A DNA stretch of 64,000 nucleotides from contig CP181291.1 in the NCBI GenBank assembly GCA_052279835.1, positions 2,272,001-2,336,000 of the forward strand, written 5' to 3'. The translations under genes and the position numbers were made by a program. Positions within the stretch are counted from its first letter, which is position 1. Each line of letters starts with the position of its first letter. The stretch is from Microcoleus sp. Its GTDB lineage: Bacteria > Cyanobacteriota > Cyanobacteriia > Cyanobacteriales > Microcoleaceae. Under the pieces are notes generated by a model. It was not told the origin of the DNA and made no database searches. It saw nothing but the letters and a program-made list of their open reading frames with translations. Of this stretch, positions 41,819 through 52,474 are shown one piece after another.

Positions 41819-43651
41819 TTAAGCTGTGGCTTGCTGCGGTCTGCCCCAGACTATGCGCTCCTGCTTGTATACAACCATACCAGGTTTTGCGCCTTTAGGC
41901 TTATACACATATTTCGGTTCTGTATACACTACTGGTACTTGTTCGCTCTGACGGGCGCGACTGTAGTAGGCGGCCATGTTGGCGGCAAATTGCAAATCGG
42001 CTTCTTCGGCAACTGTGCCCGGTGTGACGCGCAGCAATGCGTGACTTCCGGGAATTTCTAGGGTGTGGAACCAGATGTCGTAGTCCCCTGCTACGCGAAA
42101 GGTGAGTTGGTCGTTTTGGCGGTTGTTGCGCCCGATTAATAATTCAAAGCCGCTGGGGGTTTGGTAGCGGTGAAATTCGATCGCAGCATTTTTGTCCGTA
42201 CTGCGGTAATCTGGAGCATCTAGATATTTTTGTTGAATCAGTTCTTCGCGGATTTCTGCGAGGGTTTGCAAATCTTGGGTGTTGCGATAGGTTTCTAATA
42301 CCGAAAGTGCAGCTTCTACTTGTTCTAGATAGTCTATTTCTTCTTGGACGGCGGCCAATAACGGTTCTACGGCAATGCGAGCTCTTTTGAGTTTTTGGTG
42401 CTTTTTGTAGAGTGCTTGAGCGTTTTGGACGGCGTTTTTTTCGGGATTCAGGGGAATAGCAACTGGTTGGTTGGTTTCAAAGTCTGGTAGAGAAATGGTT
42501 TTCATTCCCGGTTGCCAATGTTGTAAGTTGGCCATCAGCAAATCGGCTTGGGATTTGTGGGTGTCGGCTACTTCTGACTGCTGTAATTTTTGTTTGAAGG
42601 TGTTGGCTTTGAGTTTGAGTTTTGCTAGCAGGTTAATCAGTTTTTGACTAAGTTGATGTCGCACTTGGGCGAATACTTCTTGGTTGATTTCCCTGGTGTA
42701 GTAGCTATTGAGTAATTCTTGGACTGAAGGGAATGAAGAAGTTAACTCCCCCATCGAGGTGAACCCCCCCCTCCCCCCCCCAAGGGGGGAAAGAATCGGG
42801 GAAGTATTAGAGGGCACGCACGCACCATCCACCGCCCCTACATTATGATTTTCGGGTGCTGGCCAGTCGATGACGGTGTAGCCTTGGGCTGTCAAACTGG
42901 GTTTGAATTTTGAGTTTTCTAGGGCTTGCAGCCAGTATTGCCACCGCTGGAATAGTTGCTGCCAGTCGTGGGGGCTGAGGCTGTCGGTGGATTGTTCTGG
43001 GTCTAAATTGGCCGATCGAATCATAGACCAAATTAAAGCCTTGCTCAACCCTCGATAATTCTTCAACAGGTTGCGGTGTAATTGCCCAGGAACTAGGCTA
43101 ATTCTTTCTTGCCATCTGTTTTGAGGTTCGATCGCGCTTGGTGCTGTATCGGTCAAAGCCGGGGGCATTTCGTAGGGTTGCCCGGTTTGGATGGGGCGCA
43201 CGCTGGACTGTTTGGCGCTGACTTGGTGAGCACAGGTGACAACGAGATTGTCGTGGGCGGTGAGGATGACGTTGCTGTATTTGCCGATGATTTCGGCGTA
43301 GAGATGCCACAGGGCTGGTTCTCCCGGGCGTTGGGCGAATTGCAAGTCTACAACTCTTTCCCAGGGGGAGATGGGGGCGATGGAAACCAGGGCTAAACCG
43401 CTGAGTTGGTGTCGCAGTTGTTGGCTGAAGGTGAAGGTGTCGGGAATGCGGGGCGGGGGGTCGCCGACGCAGATGCGGGCGGCTACGGGATGCCAGGAAA
43501 TGTCAATCCAGCCCCGTTTGTTCATGGTGCGTAGGGCCATGGACACGGTGAAGCGATCGCGCTGGTAGACTTGTTCTAAGCGTGCTGGCAGCCATTGGGC
43601 CCGCAGTTCGCAGCAAGCCGCAGTTAAAGTTGTCAAGTCTACAGGTTGCAC
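41819..43651 (-). CDS. rqcH: NFACT/FbpA-family ribosome quality control protein RqcH
   Basis: LYAEIIGKYSNVIL, NAQALYKK..KLKR, IGRNNRQND.L, WFH...PGSH and AAYYSRAR. Confidence 0.9.
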   Translation of the reverse strand: MQPVDLTTLTAACCELRAQWLPARLEQVYQRDRFTVSMALRTMNKRGWIDISWHPVAARICVGDPPPRIPDTFTFSQQLRHQLSGLALVSIAPISPWERVVDLQFAQRPGEPALWHLYAEIIGKYSNVILTAHDNLVVTCAHQVSAKQSSVRPIQTGQPYEMPPALTDTAPSAIEPQNRWQERISLVPGQLHRNLLKNYRGLSKALIWSMIRSANLDPEQSTDSLSPHDWQQLFQRWQYWLQALENSKFKPSLTAQGYTVIDWPAPENHNVGAVDGACVPSNTSPILSPLGGGRGGFTSMGELTSSFPSVQELLNSYYTREINQEVFAQVRHQLSQKLINLLAKLKLKANTFKQKLQQSEVADTHKSQADLLMANLQHWQPGMKTISLPDFETNQPVAIPLNPEKNAVQNAQALYKKHQKLKRARIAVEPLLAAVQEEIDYLEQVEAALSVLETYRNTQDLQTLAEIREELIQQKYLDAPDYRSTDKNAAIEFHRYQTPSGFELLIGRNNRQNDQLTFRVAGDYDIWFHTLEIPGSHALLRVTPGTVAEEADLQFAANMAAYYSRARQSEQVPVVYTEPKYVYKPKGAKPGMVVYKQERIVWGRPQQATA

Positions 43652-43749
43652 AGTACCCTCTTGCGATCGAAATATCTATATTCCACTATATCAAGTTTGG
43701 TGGGCAAATTTTTTTTATGCCCACATTAAGCTCTTTTGTTTTTCGAGAT

Positions 43750-44427
43750 TTAAGCAGATGGCTTTGTTTCCTGAGTTTGCGATTGAATCACAGCACTCCA
43801 GTCATCTTCATTAACAGCACTTGCCAATTCCTGGCTGCGTTCGCCGGCACTTTTTGCTGCTATTTCCAATTCTTTAGTCAGAGTGGAATCTGCCATTGCT
43901 TTGCGTAATTTCAGTTTCTTTTCTTCATAGGCTTTTTGTTCGTCAGCAGACATGGCCGCCCGCGCGGCTTGGCCGACTGTACTCGCCCACATTTCGCTGT
44001 CTATACTATTTCCTGGGGGAACGTTTGCGAGTTCTGCTATCCAAGCATCGCGCAATTTTTCCATGTCTTCCCGCTTGGGGAATTTGAAAGTTTTGACGCG
44101 GAGGAATGCACAATTTTCGCTGCCATTTTGGGCGATATGACCGTTGAGAGAAAGCAGGATATTTCGGGAATAACCTATATATTGGGTTTGATGGGAAGCG
44201 TCGATGACGGCATAAACGCCTGCAACTTTAGCGTTGGTTGCTAAATCGCGCCAAGCTGGGACTGACACTACTTGGGTTCCGTCATTTTCTAAGGACGGAA
44301 TTGCTGTCGCTGCACCATGTTCTTCATCGGAACTGTATAAAAAGTTGTGCAGTCCTTCATGGGCGATAGGTACGTTTTGATGTTCTATTGGTAAGTCTAA
44401 ATCTGCCTTGACTGGATTAATTTCCAT
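43750..44427 (-). CDS. GIY-YIG-like domain hypothetical protein
   Basis: GVYAVID....QYIGYSRNI...L..H. Confidence 0.75.
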   Translation of the reverse strand: MEINPVKADLDLPIEHQNVPIAHEGLHNFLYSSDEEHGAATAIPSLENDGTQVVSVPAWRDLATNAKVAGVYAVIDASHQTQYIGYSRNILLSLNGHIAQNGSENCAFLRVKTFKFPKREDMEKLRDAWIAELANVPPGNSIDSEMWASTVGQAARAAMSADEQKAYEEKKLKLRKAMADSTLTKELEIAAKSAGERSQELASAVNEDDWSAVIQSQTQETKPSA

Positions 44428-44605
44428 AACATCTCACTCCTCTAAAAATGTTGCTTTTCTGGGCTGGTTATCCTGGGGGCGCCACTATCCAGTTTACTCT
44501 TGGTCAAACAGGCAATCCCGGCTGTTTTGGATCGCCCACAATCAAGTTTACTGTTTGTGGAACAGGCCGGAGAGACTGGTTTATTGTTGTTTGACGTTTA
44601 CCTAA

Positions 44606-45469
44606 TTAACTTGCGGAGATTTGTTGTATTTCCTCATCTGTCAACTTGACATCTATGGCTTTTACAGAGTCTTCAATGCTGGATAGTTTGGTCGCAGCGG
44701 GAATGGGAACGATACAGGGAGATTTTGCCATCAACCAGGCTAATACTATACAGTAAACTGAAACGTTTTTTTCTGCTGCTAATTTCGCGATCGCCGGCAT
44801 ATCTTCCAAACTGGTGACGCGACGGCTTCCTCCGAGAGGACTCCAAGGAAAAAATGTCAGTTTTTCGGTTTCACAGTATTGCAGTACGCCGTCTGATTCG
44901 GGTTCTCTGTGCCAAGGATTGTATTGATTTTGAACTGAGGCAATTTCTACTATATCGCGGGCGCGCTTGATTTGTTCTACTGAGAAGTTGGAGACTCCTA
45001 CAAATCGAACTATTCCCTCTGCGACTGCTTCTTTTGCTGGTGCTAGGGCTTCTTCGATGGTATAACTAGGATCGGGGGCGTGATATTGCCAAAGGTCGAT
45101 GGGCTTTTGGCCGCCCAAGGCTTCAAAACTTTCGCGAATTGTCTTGCGTAAGTGGTGGGGGTTGCCGTTCCGCGTCCAAGCACCTTGAGGTCGCATCAAC
45201 CCACCTTTTGTGGCGACGGTGACAGCTCTAATATCTCCTGTATACTGTTGTAAAGCTTTGGCAATTAGTTCCTCGTTATGGTGTTTGTCTGATTGATCTT
45301 GGCAGTAGGAATCTGCCGTGTCAATTAATGTGACTCCCAAATCCAGGGCGCGGTGAATTACCGCGATTGCCTGGGATTCTGTTGGTCTGCCACTTAAGGA
45401 TAGTGGCATCCCTCCCAGACCAATTGGGCTGATATTAAAGTTAGTATTTCCGAGTTTTTTGTTTTTCAT
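44606..45469 (-). CDS. Aldo/keto reductase
   Basis: IGLGGM, IDTADSY, IDLWQYH, VGVSNF and WSPLGG. Confidence 0.92.
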   Translation of the reverse strand: MKNKKLGNTNFNISPIGLGGMPLSLSGRPTESQAIAVIHRALDLGVTLIDTADSYCQDQSDKHHNEELIAKALQQYTGDIRAVTVATKGGLMRPQGAWTRNGNPHHLRKTIRESFEALGGQKPIDLWQYHAPDPSYTIEEALAPAKEAVAEGIVRFVGVSNFSVEQIKRARDIVEIASVQNQYNPWHREPESDGVLQYCETEKLTFFPWSPLGGSRRVTSLEDMPAIAKLAAEKNVSVYCIVLAWLMAKSPCIVPIPAATKLSSIEDSVKAIDVKLTDEEIQQISAS

Positions 45470-45591
45470 TGGTGTGCCCTTTTTTGATTGTTTATCTGTA
45501 GAGTTAGATTGTTATGGCTATTTAAAATATGTAATTTCATCATACAACAATTAACAGTCAAGAGTCAACTGTTTACTGTTTGAATTCATAA

Positions 45592-46374
45592 CTAACTGGA
45601 AGCGCTGGTGTAAAATCGGAGTGCAAATTGCCAGAAGTAGCGGGAAGCGAACAAAAGTGCGATCGCCAAAATGCCTGCTCCTGCTATCCAAAGTATATCA
45701 CCTCTGCCTAACATTGCTTCTGCCGGGACTGTGGTCAAAAAAGCAACCGGGACTATGAAGGTGAAGAAAAATCGATAAGCTGCGGGATAAGCTACCATGG
45801 GAAATCTACCAGCTTCTAACAATCCTCTGAGGACTTCAGTAACGTTATAAATCTTGACAAACCAAATACTGGTTGCACCCAACATAAACCAGATACTGTA
45901 AAGACTCACCATGCCAAATAACAGCGGTATTGCAGTTAAGAAATAGTTGCTGATTTCTACTCCCAATTTGTTTGCCGAGTACAGCAGCAACACCGCGCCG
46001 AAGATGATATCGGGTATTCCCCACGGAGATACAGTGTTTGCAGACAGCCAGAATTGGGAACTGATGGGCTTGAGGAGGACAAAATCCAGGGTGCCTTGCT
46101 GCACTCGATCGACAATCCGGCTAAGATTAGGTGCGAGAAAGGTTGACGAAAAACCCTGCAAAATCGTGAAAATGCCCAGTACAACTAAGGCTTCTTCCCA
46201 TTTCCACCCAGAAAACGTGTAACCATTGCGGTAGAACAAAAACAGCCCAAACAAACTACCAGTCAGGTTTCCGATGCTGCTGAGGGCGGCGAGGACAAAA
46301 TTGATGCGGTATTCGAGTTCTGCCGCCATCGCCGCCCCCCAAAACAGTTTCACTACGTGCACATATCGTCCCAT
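45592..46374 (-). CDS. ABC-2 family transporter permease (DUF990 type)
   Basis: EYRINF, GTLDFVLLKP, GRFP..AYP and C-terminal YTSASS. Confidence 0.88.
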   Translation of the reverse strand: MGRYVHVVKLFWGAAMAAELEYRINFVLAALSSIGNLTGSLFGLFLFYRNGYTFSGWKWEEALVVLGIFTILQGFSSTFLAPNLSRIVDRVQQGTLDFVLLKPISSQFWLSANTVSPWGIPDIIFGAVLLLYSANKLGVEISNYFLTAIPLLFGMVSLYSIWFMLGATSIWFVKIYNVTEVLRGLLEAGRFPMVAYPAAYRFFFTFIVPVAFLTTVPAEAMLGRGDILWIAGAGILAIALLFASRYFWQFALRFYTSASS

Positions 46375-46828
46375 ATTTATGGCCATTTTTGCTCCGGGAA
46401 ATACTTTCATCTCATCATATTGTAAAGCTGCGATGAAGTTAATTGCTGATTCGGCTTCCCTTTTGACTATAATTTTAAGTTATTAAAACAGTGTACTTAA
46501 GTATTTTTAGTGAACAGAATATTAAGTTTTTTAACAAAAACTTAATTAAATTTACAAATTATTAGCACCAAATTTATTGGGTGCTAATAATCTGTGCTTG
46601 GCTGTCAGTTAATTCCCTAATGACATACAAAACTTTACTTTGTAGATTTATTATTCTTATATGTTACACATTTTAATATTATAAATGTTTGAGAAACATC
46701 TCTTATTACCTAAAGCTAGCCCTTAGTATGGTGCATACTTACTCAGAAACAACGGGTAATCACTACGAAATTGAATAGGAGAACTTTACTTAGTCAAAGA
46801 TATCAACAATACTTAGGAGACAGAAGAT

Positions 46829-47902
46829 ATGGATGCCTTAACAATGTCGAGACTGGGAGTCAAGCACACTAAGAGTGCAGTAGCCGAATCCCTGAGAATC
46901 AACACCGGATATGACATAACCAGCCCAGTCACTTTTTACGGGATTGTCAACGAGCACTGCAATGTTAAATGCCGTCAGTGCGAGTATTGGCGACTCAAAG
47001 AATATAAAGATGAAATGACCATCGAAGAATGGCAAAATGCTCTCTTAAGTATCAAAGAATTTGTGGGGGAATTTTCCATCAACTTTAGCGGTGGCGAACC
47101 TTACATTAAAAAAGGTTTTCTTGACTTGCTGACTTTTGCCAACAAAAATGGGATTCACGCCGGAGTCACCACAAACGGCTATTGCATGACCAGGGAAAAC
47201 GCAGCCAAAACAGTCGCTGCTCGTCCTTTTAATGTGAATATATCCGTTGATGGACCCAATGCAGAACTACACGATTATCTGCGCGGTCAGCCGGGATTGT
47301 TTGACAGGCTTTCTAAGGGAATTGGATATCTGCGGGAGGAACAGGAAAAACAAGGGGTTCTGTTTCCCATCAACGTTAAACCGACGCTGAACCGACTCAA
47401 TTTCCGCCACATGGAAGAGATAGTAACCTGGGCCCAACAAATTGGAGCCACAACGGTGAATTTCCAACCAGTAAATCATTGGACACAAGAAACCTATGAG
47501 GAATTGTGGGTGGAAGAAGAGGATTACGAGGAGTTTTCGCAGGTAATTGAGCGCCTAATTGAAATGAAGAAGAAAGGTGCGCCAATTATGAATAGTGACG
47601 AAGTATTGCGTCTAATGTTACCTCATTTCCGCGACGAAAAAGCCCCCGATGGAGTTCGCCCTTGTCGGGTAGGACTTCGGAATTACTGGATTGATACCCG
47701 TGGCGATGTCAAGCTTTGCGATGAATTTCCCGTAATTGGGAATGTAAAAGAAGAAAGTGCTCGCGCTATTTGGTATGGCGAAAAAGCTCAGAAAGTCCGC
47801 CGGGATACTTTGAATTGCGGTAAGCTTTGCCTGATTACCTGTGTGTCGCAAAAGACGATTTTGGACAAGGTAAAAATGGGTCTGAAATTGTTAAAAAATT
47901 AA
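46829..47902 (+). CDS. Radical SAM protein with C-terminal SPASM/Twitch domain
   Basis: CNVKCRQC, SGGEP, ISVDG, PCRVG...GDVKLC...IGNV and CGKLCLITC; AGGAG RBS. Confidence 0.9.
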   Translation: MDALTMSRLGVKHTKSAVAESLRINTGYDITSPVTFYGIVNEHCNVKCRQCEYWRLKEYKDEMTIEEWQNALLSIKEFVGEFSINFSGGEPYIKKGFLDLLTFANKNGIHAGVTTNGYCMTRENAAKTVAARPFNVNISVDGPNAELHDYLRGQPGLFDRLSKGIGYLREEQEKQGVLFPINVKPTLNRLNFRHMEEIVTWAQQIGATTVNFQPVNHWTQETYEELWVEEEDYEEFSQVIERLIEMKKKGAPIMNSDEVLRLMLPHFRDEKAPDGVRPCRVGLRNYWIDTRGDVKLCDEFPVIGNVKEESARAIWYGEKAQKVRRDTLNCGKLCLITCVSQKTILDKVKMGLKLLKN

Positions 47903-48037
47903 AGCATAACCACCAAGGAGACCAAGCCTCTCTGAAATGCCGGAATGTCATTTTCTAAACCCTAGAAAATAGGGTATTAGTCCATTGATATTCCGGCATT
48001 TTAGTGACCTAGTTAGTGCTAACTTTTTTAAATCACA

Positions 48038-48141
48038 CAGTCCTGGATGTACGGGGGTCAAAAAGCCGATTTCTGGGTCAATATGTCTCGGATAGAACGA
48101 CGATTTTTGCTCATAAACCGGGTTTTATGCGTCCAGGACTG
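48038..48141. repeat. MITE-like element with terminal IR CAGTCCTGGA...TCCAGGACTG
   Basis: Perfect 10-bp terminal inverted repeats. Confidence 0.6.
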
Positions 48142-48394
48142 TCGCAGATACTTTACTCGATGAACCTAGAAGAGGCTGTGGGTTTTAACTCAAGTAGGAC
48201 TTAGGCACAGGAAACGAAAAATCTAGGTGGGGGAACAGGCTGTGGTAAAGTTCCGTCCATGGGGCACGGGGGGAACCGCTGTTGCTGAACCCTAGGCGCT
48301 ATGCCAGATATTACCGATAACTATGGTGCGTAAGTCATCATAAATTTTTTAAATTTGTGCTAAGTCTTGACTTACAGACTTACAGAGTGAAAAT

Positions 48395-49789
48395 ATGCTA
48401 AGACCCAAGCAACAAACTAACGTACCTATGAACCTGTCACTGAAGTTAGGGGGCAAAAGTCCCACACCCACAAAAACTTACCCAACACAGCATCTCAACG
48501 CCACAGGATTGCGGACATTACTCGTGGCTGCTTCCATAGCCTCTCTCTGCGCGAGTTGTCAAAGCCCGCAAACACCCACCGCCACAAGTTCTGGTAGCAC
48601 TCCCGGTAGCACTCCCGCAGCTACTCCTGTCGCAGTTAGCAGTCCCGCTGACCCCAACACTGTCAAAATTGTGTCTATGCTGCCGATGACAGGTAGTGCC
48701 TTGGGTCAAGCTCAAACCATGGTCAATGGGATTAAACAAGCCCTGGCTGAAACCGATTCCAAAGCCTGCGACGGCAAAATCAAAATGGAATACGAAGTGC
48801 TCGATGACGCCACTGCTGCGGCTGGCAAATGGGACCCCAGCCAAGTTACGTCCAATGCTAATAAAGTAGCAGCCGATGGTTCGGTAGTTGCTGCGATCGG
48901 TCACTATAACTCAGGGGCTGCCAAACTTTCAATTCCCGTGCTCAACCAAGCTAATGTAGTGATGGTGAGTCCGGCAAACACCTATCCGGGCTTGACAAAA
49001 CCAGGAAAAGGTGAGCCCAAAGAACCCAATGTTTATTACCCTGCAGGCACTCGCAATTTTAGTCGGGTTGTCCCGGCTGATGACCTCCAAGGTGCTGTGG
49101 CGGCCAACTGGGCGAAATCTTTAGGAGTTAAAAAAGTCTATATTCTGGATGACCAAGAACTCTACGGCAAAGGTATTGCTGACGTTTTTGAAGCAAGTGC
49201 TAAAACTGCGGGAATTGAGGTGCTTGGTCGTGAGGGAATTGATATCAAAGCCAGTGATTATAAAGCTTTAATGAATAAGATCAAAGCTTTGAATCCAGAA
49301 ATGATTTATTTTGGTGGTACGACCCAAAGTAATGCCGGACAAATAATTAAAGACATCAGAAATGTCGGCATGACACAGGAAGCAGTCAAATTCATGGGAC
49401 CAGACGGCATTAAAGAGCAAGCTTTAATTGATGCTGGAGGTAAAGATGCCGAAGGTGTTTATGCTACCTTTGGTGGCTTACCTCCAAAAGAATTGACTGG
49501 TGAGGGCGCGAAGTGGTACGCCGGTTACAAGGCAAAATATAATGCTGAACCGGAAGCTTATGCAGCTTATGCTTATGAATCTGCTAAGGTGATTATCGGC
49601 GCGATTAATAAGGTTTGTAAAAATGACCGCGCAGCTATCCGCGATGCTGTTTTGGCAACTAAAGATTTTAATGGGGTACTTGGTAATTGGAGTTTTGATG
49701 CTAATGGTGATACTAGCTTGACTACTATGTCAGGAAATGTTGTTAAAGGTGGGAAGTGGGAGTTTGTCAGCCCGCTTAAGACTGAATAA
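48395..49789 (+). CDS. livK: Branched-chain/neutral amino acid ABC transporter substrate-binding lipoprotein
   Basis: Lipobox LCASC, IGHYNSG, SPANT, RVVPADD.QG and YAAYAYE. The start may be 48428. Confidence 0.88.
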   Translation: MLRPKQQTNVPMNLSLKLGGKSPTPTKTYPTQHLNATGLRTLLVAASIASLCASCQSPQTPTATSSGSTPGSTPAATPVAVSSPADPNTVKIVSMLPMTGSALGQAQTMVNGIKQALAETDSKACDGKIKMEYEVLDDATAAAGKWDPSQVTSNANKVAADGSVVAAIGHYNSGAAKLSIPVLNQANVVMVSPANTYPGLTKPGKGEPKEPNVYYPAGTRNFSRVVPADDLQGAVAANWAKSLGVKKVYILDDQELYGKGIADVFEASAKTAGIEVLGREGIDIKASDYKALMNKIKALNPEMIYFGGTTQSNAGQIIKDIRNVGMTQEAVKFMGPDGIKEQALIDAGGKDAEGVYATFGGLPPKELTGEGAKWYAGYKAKYNAEPEAYAAYAYESAKVIIGAINKVCKNDRAAIRDAVLATKDFNGVLGNWSFDANGDTSLTTMSGNVVKGGKWEFVSPLKTE

Positions 49790-49830
49790 TTAGTTAGTTG
49801 TCAGTTGTCAGTTTAACTGGTTAACTGGTT

Positions 49831-50011
49831 AACTGGTTCCCCGGCTCTGCCTGGGAACCGATGTCTAGAGGCTCTGCCTCGCTTTTCTAGTTAACTGGTT
49901 CCCCGGCTCTGCCTGGGAACCGATGTCTAGAGGCTCTGCCTCACTTTTCTAGTAGGAAAATTGGAGGCAGAGCCTCCGGATCTGCGTTCCCAGGCAGAGC
50001 CTGGGAACGAG
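49831..50011. repeat. Palindromic GAGGCAGAGCCTC/GTTCCCAGGCAGAGCCTGGGAAC element with a 62-bp tandem duplication
   Basis: Units start at 49831 and 49893, followed by the inverted arm. Confidence 0.85.
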
Positions 50012-50049
50012 TAGAATTCCCCATTTCCAATTCCCAATTCCCAATAATT

Positions 50050-51126
50050 ATGAAAAACTGGAAAAGCATTCTCTTATATTTAGGTGTAGCGTATATAGTT
50101 TTGCTGTTAGGTCCGATCGCCGGATTTGACTTGCCGAAAATTGTTGGTGAAATAGTCAAAAGTCCTGAAGTTCTGATTCAACAATTGTTAGTGGGTTTGG
50201 TCAACGGGGCGCTGATTGCAATTATTGCTTTGGGTTACACGATGGTTTATGGGATTATTGAGTTAATCAATTTTGCTCATGGCGATTTGTATATGTTGGG
50301 GGCTTTTGCTTCCCTGACTGTGTTCGGGGCTTTTGGGGTTCAAGACGGCGCACCTTTGGGTATTGCGATACCGGTGATGTTAGTCGCTTTAATTGTATGT
50401 TCGGTGTTTTGTGCGGGTCTGAATATTGTGGTGGAAAAGTATGCTTATCGACCTTTGCGAAATGCTCCTCGTTTGGCTCCGTTAATTTCGGCGATCGGCG
50501 TTTCGTTTATTTTCCAAAACATGGGATTATTTTGGGGAGGATTGAAAGCTTTTATTCCAGTGATGGGTTCTAATTCGGCTGCTCCGAAAAGCTTCCCCGA
50601 TTTGTTGCCACGAGTTGATATTCTCAAAGCTATGGGAATTGAAACGACTATTGTATTTACTACTAAAGATTTAATTGTGTTGGTAGTAGCTGTGGTATTG
50701 ATGGTTTTGCTTCATGTTTTCGTGCAGTACACTCGTCTGGGAAAGGCGATGCGGGCAACGGCTCAAAGCCGCGATGCTGCTAAAATTATGGGGATTAATG
50801 TGGATCAGATTATTGCTCTAACTTTTTTAATTGGTGGGGCTTTGGCTGGTTCGGCGGGAATTTTGGTTGGTTTGTACAACAATACTATTGTGTTTACGAT
50901 GGGGTTTACGGCGGGTTTGAGGGCTTTTACGGCGGCGGTTTTGGGGGGGATTGGTAATATTGTGGGGGCGATGTTAGGAGGGGTTTTGATTGGGGTGTTG
51001 TCCTCTTTGAGCGATCAGTATTTGTCGAGTCGCTGGACTAATGCTTGGGTGTTTGGGGTTTTGGTGGTGATTTTGGCTTTTCGGCCGGGCGGTTTGTTGG
51101 GTGAGAATGTTCAGGAGAAGGTTTGA
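50050..51126 (+). CDS. livH: Branched-chain amino acid ABC permease
   Basis: ALGYTMVYGIIELINFAHG, GKAMRA and AAVLGGIGN. Confidence 0.92.
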   Translation: MKNWKSILLYLGVAYIVLLLGPIAGFDLPKIVGEIVKSPEVLIQQLLVGLVNGALIAIIALGYTMVYGIIELINFAHGDLYMLGAFASLTVFGAFGVQDGAPLGIAIPVMLVALIVCSVFCAGLNIVVEKYAYRPLRNAPRLAPLISAIGVSFIFQNMGLFWGGLKAFIPVMGSNSAAPKSFPDLLPRVDILKAMGIETTIVFTTKDLIVLVVAVVLMVLLHVFVQYTRLGKAMRATAQSRDAAKIMGINVDQIIALTFLIGGALAGSAGILVGLYNNTIVFTMGFTAGLRAFTAAVLGGIGNIVGAMLGGVLIGVLSSLSDQYLSSRWTNAWVFGVLVVILAFRPGGLLGENVQEKV

Positions 51127-51144
51127 AGGTGCTGGGTTGAAATA

Positions 51145-51558
51145 ATGGCAAAAGACATTTATCATTATAATGTAAGGGCTGCCTTAGAAAAGGATGGGTG
51201 GATAATTACAGACGATCCTCTGACTCTGCAATTTGGTTCGCGCGGTGTGTTTGTGGATTTGGGAGCTAAAAAGCTGCTAGCAGCCGAACGCGAAGGACAA
51301 AGAATTGCAGTTGAAATCAAAAGTTTTGTCGGCAAGTCTCCAGTCAAAGATTGGGAAAATGCGATCGGTCAATACACTTTGTACTTAAAAATCCTCTCGA
51401 AAAAAGATCCAGATCGCACTCTCTATCTAGCAATTACTGAAGAGATTTATACAAGCTTCTTTAATGAAGATATCGTGCAGGTTGTACTTGAAGATGGAGT
51501 AATAAAAATTCTAGTTGTAGATACTATTCAGGAGGTTATTACCAGATGGATAAACTAG
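51145..51558 (+). CDS. xisH: XisH-family protein
   Basis: AKDIYH..VRAALEKDGWIITDDPL, DLGA.KLLAAE, IAVEIKSF and GQY. Confidence 0.92.
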   Translation: MAKDIYHYNVRAALEKDGWIITDDPLTLQFGSRGVFVDLGAKKLLAAEREGQRIAVEIKSFVGKSPVKDWENAIGQYTLYLKILSKKDPDRTLYLAITEEIYTSFFNEDIVQVVLEDGVIKILVVDTIQEVITRWIN

Positions 51559-51881
51559 ATGAATACCGCGACTTAATTTATAAAATCCTGTCGTACTATG
51601 GCAGTCTACCGTACAGATATGCCGAGATTAATAATAAAGTCATTGTCAGCGAAGACCGCAATGATTTTTTATTGATGAGTGAAGGCTGGGAGGGCCAAAA
51701 ACGACTTCACTACTGCCTCGTTCACGTTGAAATTCGCAACGGCAAACTCTGGATTCATTATGACGGTATTGAAGACGGAATTACTGATGAATTACTGGAG
51801 GGTGGTGTCCCGGAAAATTGTATTGTTTTGGCGTTTCATTCCCCGGAAGTACGCAAACATACTGGATTTGCGATTGCCTAA
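51546..51881 (+). CDS. xisI: XisI-family protein
   Basis: MDKLDEYR, GW...KR.HYCLVHVEI.NGKLWI..DG.EDGI and IVLAFH.P..R..TGFA; overlaps xisH. Confidence 0.92.
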   Translation: MDKLDEYRDLIYKILSYYGSLPYRYAEINNKVIVSEDRNDFLLMSEGWEGQKRLHYCLVHVEIRNGKLWIHYDGIEDGITDELLEGGVPENCIVLAFHSPEVRKHTGFAIA

Positions 51882-51900
51882 AAAATCGATCGCGATCGCA

Positions 51901-52474
51901 TTAAATATTACCAGGTTTCAACCAGCCAAAAATTTCGCCTAAAGTTAACTGCATTTCGCCCATAAATTCGGGAACCGGCAGTATATCTGTCGGTTCTTGC
52001 AAGGAAATCGGCTGCTGCCCTGCGGGATAAGCTAAGATGTTTTTCTCATCGGGATCGAGCAACCAACCCATCTGGCAACCGGCGTTCAAACAGTGCAAAA
52101 TATTGTTGGTAACTTTGGTTTGGCTTTGGCCTGGGGATAAAATTTCTATTGTCCAGTCTGGGTGAGCATTAAATGTATTGGCAATTTCACCGTCAGCGTC
52201 TAGGGGAATGCGATTCCAAACAAAAATCCCGACATCGGGAACGATAGAAACGTCCGCCAAAGGTGCAGCGAATTTCTGGAAATGCCCAAGCAATCCGCTG
52301 AGGTTTGCCCACTGCATTAACCGTCGTGATGAGTTCTCCCTGAATTGTACTATGTTTTCCTTGCGGCATAGGTTTTTGTAAAATGACACCGTTGATGTAT
52401 TCGCTAGCGGGTTTTGTTTCTGGGAGTTGCAAAAACTCGTCGAGGGTGATAGTTTTTTGAGGAGCTTGTACCAT
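51901..52474 (-). pseudogene. Uma2-family (DUF820) endonuclease with one +1 frameshift near 52249
   Basis: TLDEFLQLPETKPASEY..KPMPQGKHS in one frame; SIVPDV..PDWTIEILSP..GWLLDP in another. May be a sequencing error. Confidence 0.85.

Noticed and set aside
44430..44600. Riboswitch upstream of the GIY-YIG gene
   Set aside because: Resembles degenerate GTGGAACAGGC-type dispersed repeats; no riboswitch consensus recognised.
46829..47902. RiPP biosynthetic cluster
   Set aside because: No plausible precursor ORF, RRE domain or peptidase/exporter adjacent.
51145..51881. fdxN-type excision element
   Set aside because: No XisF-like recombinase and no interrupted host gene; orphan xisH-xisI pairs are common in cyanobacteria.
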